Source: Candidatus Fervidifonticultor quintus (GTDB lineage Bacteria; Sysuimicrobiota; Sysuimicrobiia; Sysuimicrobiales; Humicultoraceae). Taken from it: a DNA stretch of 12,569 nt. Under the pieces are notes generated by a model that had not been told where the DNA came from, searched no databases, and saw only the letters and a program-made list of their open reading frames with translations. The position numbers and the translations under genes were made by a program. Positions 6,635 through 12,569 of this stretch are shown piece by piece (the stretch's first letter is position 1; the number at the start of each line of letters is the position of its first letter). Location: the NCBI GenBank assembly GCA_031459535.1, contig JAVKIJ010000085.1:1-12569 (forward strand), given 5' to 3'.

Positions 6635-7396
6635 CTACCGGGATCGGGCTTCGAAGATCACCACGGCAGTGGCCGAGAGGTTCAACACGACGTGCGAGAT
6701 CGTGGACGCGCCCGTGCCCCAACGCCACCGCACGGCTCCGAGCATCAGGGATGACGCGATGAGGACCGTCGTACGGCTCACCGAAAGATCGACGACCACG
6801 TGCTTGGCGGCAAACATCGCCGCCGTGGCCAGCAGCGCTGCGCCCGGGCTCCAGGCCCCCGCGAGCACCGACTGGATGATGCCCCGCCACACGAACTCCT
6901 CGACGACCGGCGCCAGCAGGCCGTTCTCGACCAGGAACATCAGTGTCACCATGAGGCTGGCTTCTCGAAATCCCTGCGCGAGTGCTTCGTAGGCGACCGG
7001 CCCGAAGACGCGTCCATCCACCATGGACGCCGGGTACAGGCCCGCGAAGAGCCCGGCGCCGGCGGCCGCCCCGGCGGCGGCAGCCGCCCACGAGAGCCGG
7101 TATCCCATCGAGCCGAGGCCAAGCCCTGCGCGGCGCCTGTACCGGTCGAACCACGCACCCAGGATGCCGAAGGCCAGCGCGCCGGCGACCGCCTCGGTGG
7201 CGATCAGCAGCCCGGGCGAGGGTCGTACGCCGCCCCGTTCCCACAGAGCAATCCATACCGCCGCGCCGCCGGCGGCGCGGATGCCAAACTCGACAGCCAC
7301 CCACCGCAGCGCCGCACCGATGCCGGCGCTGGCGGGGAGCCGCGCGGGCGTCACGTCGCTCGCCACGGCACCGGCAGCAGGATCCCTTATGGCCAC
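6635..7396 (-). CDS. CPBP family intramembrane glutamic endopeptidase (CAAX protease-like / Abi), about 253 aa
   Basis: Hydrophobic protein with intact motifs 'LAPVVEEFVWRG' (EExxxR), 'FAAKH' (FxxxH) and 'SHVVLN' (HxxxN). Exact start uncertain. Confidence 0.88.
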   Translation of the reverse strand: MAIRDPAAGAVASDVTPARLPASAGIGAALRWVAVEFGIRAAGGAAVWIALWERGGVRPSPGLLIATEAVAGALAFGILGAWFDRYRRRAGLGLGSMGYRLSWAAAAAGAAAGAGLFAGLYPASMVDGRVFGPVAYEALAQGFREASLMVTLMFLVENGLLAPVVEEFVWRGIIQSVLAGAWSPGAALLATAAMFAAKHVVVDLSVSRTTVLIASSLMLGAVRWRWGTGASTISHVVLNLSATAVVIFEARSR

Positions 7397-7405
7397 ACCT
7401 CGCCC

Positions 7406-8164
7406 TTACGCGCGAGGTCTCTCCGGGCTCTCTCGCTCTGACTTCCCCACCAGTGCTGCCCGGGCCAGGGTCAGGACGACCACCCGCGCGGCGCCCGAGG
7501 CGCGCAGCACCGCAGCGCACGCGTTGACGGTCGCGCCGGTCGAGAAGACATCGTCCACCAGCAGCACGTTCCCGCTCATTGCCTCGCCGCCACGCCCGAA
7601 GGCCCCGCGCACGGCAGACCGGCGCGCGCGTACGTCGAGCGTGGCCTGGGAGTGCTCGTGGCGCACCCGGCGCACGGCATGGGCCAGGAGGGGCAGCTGC
7701 AATCTGGTGGCGATCGGGCGCGCCAGCAGCGCGGCCTGATTGAACCCGCGCGTGACCAGCCTCGAGGGGTGCAGGGGCACCGGCACGACTGCGGTGAGTC
7801 CGGCGGTCGCCTGCGTGGGAACGGACTCGGCCATCAGTTGGCCCAACATCCGGCCCAGGACGCGGTGGCCGCCGTACTTGAACGCCCAGATCGCGTCACG
7901 CAGCGGCCCCTCGTAGACGAACAGCGACCAAGCCCTGTCAAAGGCCGGCGGACGGACCCGGCAGGCCTGGCAGAGGCGTACCGAATCGGGTGGCACCCGG
8001 GTCGTCGGTGACGGGCGCGGCCCGAGCGGGCCCCCGCACCGGCTGCACAGCGGCGGGCGCAGCGGCCGGAACCGCCCCACACACTGGACGCACACCTGCG
8101 CGCCCGGTCGCCCGCATGAGACGCAGGCCGGCGGGTAGAGCAGGTCGAGGAGGCGGCCCCACAC
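7406..8164 (-). CDS. comF: ComF family protein (double zinc ribbon plus phosphoribosyltransferase domain), 252 aa
   Basis: '[13 protein letters not shown]' followed by further CxxC pairs, 'FKYGG', 'VPVPLH..R...RGFNQA' and the PRPP motif '[13 protein letters not shown]'. Confidence 0.92.
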   Translation of the reverse strand: MWGRLLDLLYPPACVSCGRPGAQVCVQCVGRFRPLRPPLCSRCGGPLGPRPSPTTRVPPDSVRLCQACRVRPPAFDRAWSLFVYEGPLRDAIWAFKYGGHRVLGRMLGQLMAESVPTQATAGLTAVVPVPLHPSRLVTRGFNQAALLARPIATRLQLPLLAHAVRRVRHEHSQATLDVRARRSAVRGAFGRGGEAMSGNVLLVDDVFSTGATVNACAAVLRASGAARVVVLTLARAALVGKSERESPERPRA

Positions 8165-8255
8165 CCATCAGATCGGCGAACCGGCCGCGTCTGATCGGGT
8201 CAGTGGGCTGGACCCTTTGCGGGCCCGTCGGGCTCTGCCACGGACGCCCGAAGGC

Positions 8256-9512
8256 TCAGGTCCCCTCCTGCCAGGACTCCAAGTAGCGGCGCTGCTCGTC
8301 CGTCAGGACGTCGATCCCGATGCCCAGGGCTTCCAGCTTCAGCCGGGCCACGGCCTCGTCGATCGCGGGCGGGACCGGATGGACGGTCCGCGCCATCGAG
8401 GGGCCCGAGGCGGCCAGGTGCTCGGCCGCCAGGGCCTGGTTGGCGAACGACATGTCCATCACCGCGGCCGGATGGCCCTCGGCCGCCGCCAGATTGAGCA
8501 GCCGGCCCTCGGCGAGCAGGTAGAGGCGGCGGCCGTCGGCCAGCGTGAACTCCTCCACGTGCTCCCGCGCGCGGCGGCGGCCGGTGGCCATACCCTCCAG
8601 GGCCGGGATGTCGATCTCGACGTTGAAGTGCCCGCTGTTGGCCAGAATGGCGCCGTCGCGCATCAGCGCGAAGTGCTCGGCCCGCAGCACCCCGATGTTG
8701 CCGGTCACGGTCACGAACACGTCGCCCACACGCGCTGCCTCCGCCGACCGCAGCACCTGGTAGCCGTCCATGGCAGCCTCGAGCGCGTGCAAGGGCGAGA
8801 CCTCGGTGACGATCACGCGGGCGCCCATGCCCCGCGCGCGCATGGCCACCCCGCGGCCGCACGACCCATAGCCGCAGACGACCACGGTCCGGCCCGCCAG
8901 CAGGACGTTCGTGGCCCGCAGCAACCCGTCAATGGTGGACTGCCCGGTGCCGTACCGGTTGTCGAACAGGTGCTTGGTCTTGGCGTCGTTGACCGCGATG
9001 ATCGGATAGCGCAGCGCCCCATCCCGGGCCATGGCCCGCAGGCGGATCACGCCGGTCGTCGTCTCCTCGGTGCCGCCGATGATGCCGCCGAGCAGGTCTG
9101 TCCGCTCCCGGTGCAGCGTGGACACCAGGTCCGCCCCGTCGTCCATCGTGATGTGCGGCTCCCCGGCCAGCACCTGGTGAATGTGCCGGTAGTACGTCTG
9201 ACGGTCCTCGCCGCGGATGGCGAAGACGCTGATGCCGTGTTCCGCGGCCAGCGCCGCGGCCACGTCGTCCTGGGTCGAGAGCGGGTTGCTGGCGCACAGC
9301 GCGACGTCTGCGCCGCCCGCGCGCAGGGTCAGGACCAGGACGGCGGTTTCCGTGGTGACGTGCAGGCAGGCGGCGATGCGGCGGCCGCGGAGCGGCTGCT
9401 CGGCGACGAACCGCTCCCTGATCCGGCGCAGGACCGGCATCTCCCGCTCGGCCCAGGCGACCCGCCGCAGGCCCTCTGCGGCCAGGGCGATATCACGCAC
9501 GTCGTGACTCAT
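8256..9512 (-). CDS. ahcY: Adenosylhomocysteinase (SAH hydrolase), 418 aa
   Basis: Motifs 'AEREMPVL', 'CLHVTTETA', '[12 protein letters not shown]', 'DDGAD', 'EETTTG', '[13 protein letters not shown]', 'GHFNVEID', '[15 protein letters not shown]'. AGGAGG RBS. Confidence 0.98.
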   Translation of the reverse strand: MSHDVRDIALAAEGLRRVAWAEREMPVLRRIRERFVAEQPLRGRRIAACLHVTTETAVLVLTLRAGGADVALCASNPLSTQDDVAAALAAEHGISVFAIRGEDRQTYYRHIHQVLAGEPHITMDDGADLVSTLHRERTDLLGGIIGGTEETTTGVIRLRAMARDGALRYPIIAVNDAKTKHLFDNRYGTGQSTIDGLLRATNVLLAGRTVVVCGYGSCGRGVAMRARGMGARVIVTEVSPLHALEAAMDGYQVLRSAEAARVGDVFVTVTGNIGVLRAEHFALMRDGAILANSGHFNVEIDIPALEGMATGRRRAREHVEEFTLADGRRLYLLAEGRLLNLAAAEGHPAAVMDMSFANQALAAEHLAASGPSMARTVHPVPPAIDEAVARLKLEALGIGIDVLTDEQRRYLESWQEGT

Positions 9513-9541
9513 CCCGTCTCCTCCTGTCCTGTGCTGGCGGG

Positions 9542-10651
<1,110 letters not shown>

Positions 10652-10676
10652 GGCCAACTCCGGGCAGGCGCAGCGC

Positions 10677-12443
10677 CTACCGGTTCCGCTTCCCCGAAAC
10701 GATCAACTCCGCATACGCCGCCTGGAGGCGGCGCAGTTCCTCCTCGTCGCCCCGGGCCTGGGCCGCCTGAATCGCCTCCCAGACGCGGCGGCGCTCGGCG
10801 GCGGCCGGCTCGGTCTGGGTCAGGTACCGGATCGCGCCCTCCACCGCTCTCTCCTTGTCGCGCTCGGTCACCGGCGGCTCCTCAAACGCCAGCCGCATCA
10901 GCAACTGCGCCGCGTCGTCGGCGAGCCCATCGCGCAGCTCCTTGGGGCCAGCCTGCGGCGCCCCGAACAGCGCCGCGGCCAGCGCCTGATGCGCGGGCGA
11001 CCCAAATGCCTCGGACCGCAGTACGCTGGCGATGCGGGCGCGCCGCGCCGGCTCCCGCACCATCACGTGCAGGAGCAGGCGCTCTGCCTCTTCTCGGGCC
11101 CGATCGCTGCGCGGCGCGGGTGCACTGGAGGCCTCTCCCGACGGCCGTCCGGGGCGCCGACGCGCGCGCAGCCGTTGCCGCAAGGCGTCTTCGGGCGCGC
11201 CAAACCGCTCTGCCAGCGCGCGCAGGTACTCCGCGGCGCGGACCGGGTTTGCGACCAATTGAATAGCATCCAGCATTTCGTCAATGATGGCAAGCCTTCC
11301 TTCACGCGTGGCCGGGTCGTGCCGCCGGGCGGCGGCCTCCAGCCGGTACTCGAACGCCGGGAGGGCGGACGCCAGCAGGCGTCCAAATGCCTCCGGGCCC
11401 CGACGGCGCAGGTAGCTGTCCGGGTCTTCACCGGCGGGGAGTCCCACCACCCTGGCCGCCACCTCGGCCTCCTCGCACAGCGCCAGAGCCCGCTCAGCGG
11501 CCGCCTCGCCTGGCCGGTCCGAGTCGTACACCAGCGTGACCTTCGAGGCGAATCGCCTGACCAGGGCCACCTGGTCGGCGGTGAGCGCCGTGCCCAGCGA
11601 GGCCACGGCGTGGGTGAACTCGAACTGGTGGCAGGTCATGGCATCCATGTACCCCTCGACCACCAGCACCTCCCCCCGATCCCGGATGGCCTCCCGCGCC
11701 TGCCCGAGGGCGTAGAGGAGGCGTCCCTTGGTGAAGACCGGACCCTCCCTTGAGTTCAGGTACTTGGGCTCCGACTCGTCCAGCGCGCGACCGCCGAACG
11801 CCACCGTGCGGTCCTGGAGGTCAAAGATGGGAAACATCAACCGATCGCGGAACATGTCGAAGTACCCCTCGCCGCCCTGGCGGGCCGCGACTAGGCCGGC
11901 CTGCTCCAGCACCGCCGCGTCGTACCCACGCTGGCCGAGCGCCGTCAGCAATCCATCCCAGCCCGGCGGCGCGTAGCCCAACTGGAAGCGCGAGGCGATC
12001 GGGTCAGAGACCCCGCGCCCAGCCAGGTAGTCGCGCGCCTTCCTGCCCCGGGACGCCAGCATCGCGCGGAAGTACTCGCGCGCCGCGTCCAGCGCGCGCA
12101 GCGTCTGCTCTCGCTCGGACGACCGCCTGAGGGCGTCCGGAGAGGTCTCGACCTGCACCCCGGCCCGGCGGGCCAGCTCCAAGGCCGCCTCCATGAAGGT
12201 CAGGTTGCCGATGCGCATCACGAAGTCGAACACGTCTCCGCCCGCCCCGCAGCCGAAACAGTGGAACAGGCCCCGCTCCGGATCCACGTGGAACGACGGC
12301 GTCTTCTCCTGATGGAAGGGACACAGCGCCTTGTAGTAGCGGCCGGACTTCTTGAGGGCCGCGTGGCTGCCAACCAGCGCCAGGATGTCCGTGCGCCGCC
12401 GGATCTCTTCTTTGACCTCGGGGGTGATCCCCGCCCGGTTCAT
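10677..12443 (-). CDS. dnaG: DNA primase, 588 aa
   Basis: CHC2 zinc finger '[11 protein letters not shown]...HCFGC', 'FRDRLMFPI', 'FGGR', 'PKYLNS', TOPRIM motifs 'VVEGYMD' and 'YDSD..G', and 'GEDPDS'. Canonical position upstream of rpoD. Confidence 0.98.
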   Translation of the reverse strand: MNRAGITPEVKEEIRRRTDILALVGSHAALKKSGRYYKALCPFHQEKTPSFHVDPERGLFHCFGCGAGGDVFDFVMRIGNLTFMEAALELARRAGVQVETSPDALRRSSEREQTLRALDAAREYFRAMLASRGRKARDYLAGRGVSDPIASRFQLGYAPPGWDGLLTALGQRGYDAAVLEQAGLVAARQGGEGYFDMFRDRLMFPIFDLQDRTVAFGGRALDESEPKYLNSREGPVFTKGRLLYALGQAREAIRDRGEVLVVEGYMDAMTCHQFEFTHAVASLGTALTADQVALVRRFASKVTLVYDSDRPGEAAAERALALCEEAEVAARVVGLPAGEDPDSYLRRRGPEAFGRLLASALPAFEYRLEAAARRHDPATREGRLAIIDEMLDAIQLVANPVRAAEYLRALAERFGAPEDALRQRLRARRRPGRPSGEASSAPAPRSDRAREEAERLLLHVMVREPARRARIASVLRSEAFGSPAHQALAAALFGAPQAGPKELRDGLADDAAQLLMRLAFEEPPVTERDKERAVEGAIRYLTQTEPAAAERRRVWEAIQAAQARGDEEELRRLQAAYAELIVSGKRNR

Positions 12444-12488
12444 GCCGACACCCCTAGGAGCCCGTCCCGGAAATGGCGTCGAGATGAG

Positions 12489-12516
12489 ATGCTATGAGAC
12501 CTGACCTGCTTGTGAA
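12489..12516 (-). promoter_or_regulatory. Possible sigma70-type promoter upstream of dnaG
   Basis: Minus strand reads TTCACA, 16 bp spacer, TAGCAT, about 45 bp upstream of the dnaG ATG in a locally less GC-rich stretch. Confidence 0.35.
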
Positions 12517-12569
12517 GCGAGTACCAGGCCAGGAAAGCTCTTGGGCCGGGATCATCCCGTGCTCACCCT

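Noticed and set aside
6228-7739. Long Arg/Gly/Pro-rich alternative-frame ORFs over the CPBP and precursor genes
   Set aside because: Composition is typical of off-frame reads in GC-rich DNA, and the CPBP frame holds the conserved motifs.
8165-8255. Terminator or structured RNA between ahcY and comF
   Set aside because: Only short imperfect inverted repeats (e.g. GGGTC...GACCC), expected by chance at this GC content, and no U-tract.
9513-9541. SAH/SAM riboswitch upstream of ahcY
   Set aside because: The intergenic region is only 29 bp, too short for one.
12454-12567. Open minus-strand frame ending at TAG just upstream of dnaG
   Set aside because: Only about 37 codons are visible, with atypical codon usage and no motif. 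It overlaps the candidate promoter and cannot be supported as a gene end.

Overview
High-GC bacterial window, densely coding. The right half carries a minus-strand housekeeping run (dnaG, rpoD/sigA, ahcY, comF). It continues on the same strand into a four-gene accessory cassette: a CPBP/Abi intramembrane protease, a 139-aa secreted precursor-like protein I do not recognise, an SdpA/DUF5819-like protein, and an SdpB-like HTTM membrane protein fused to a DCC (DUF393) CxxC thioredoxin-like domain. This resembles a variant of the Bacillus sdpABC peptide-toxin maturation system with a non-SdpC precursor, and a strong hairpin separates the precursor from the maturation genes. The left half holds amino-acid metabolism genes: an Ord/DapB-like NAD(P) dehydrogenase divergent from a class I/II aminotransferase and an M20 metallopeptidase, plus the 3' end of a xylose-isomerase-like TIM-barrel gene. 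I found no RNA genes, CRISPR arrays or mobile elements. All family calls come from motifs recognised by eye, not from database searches.
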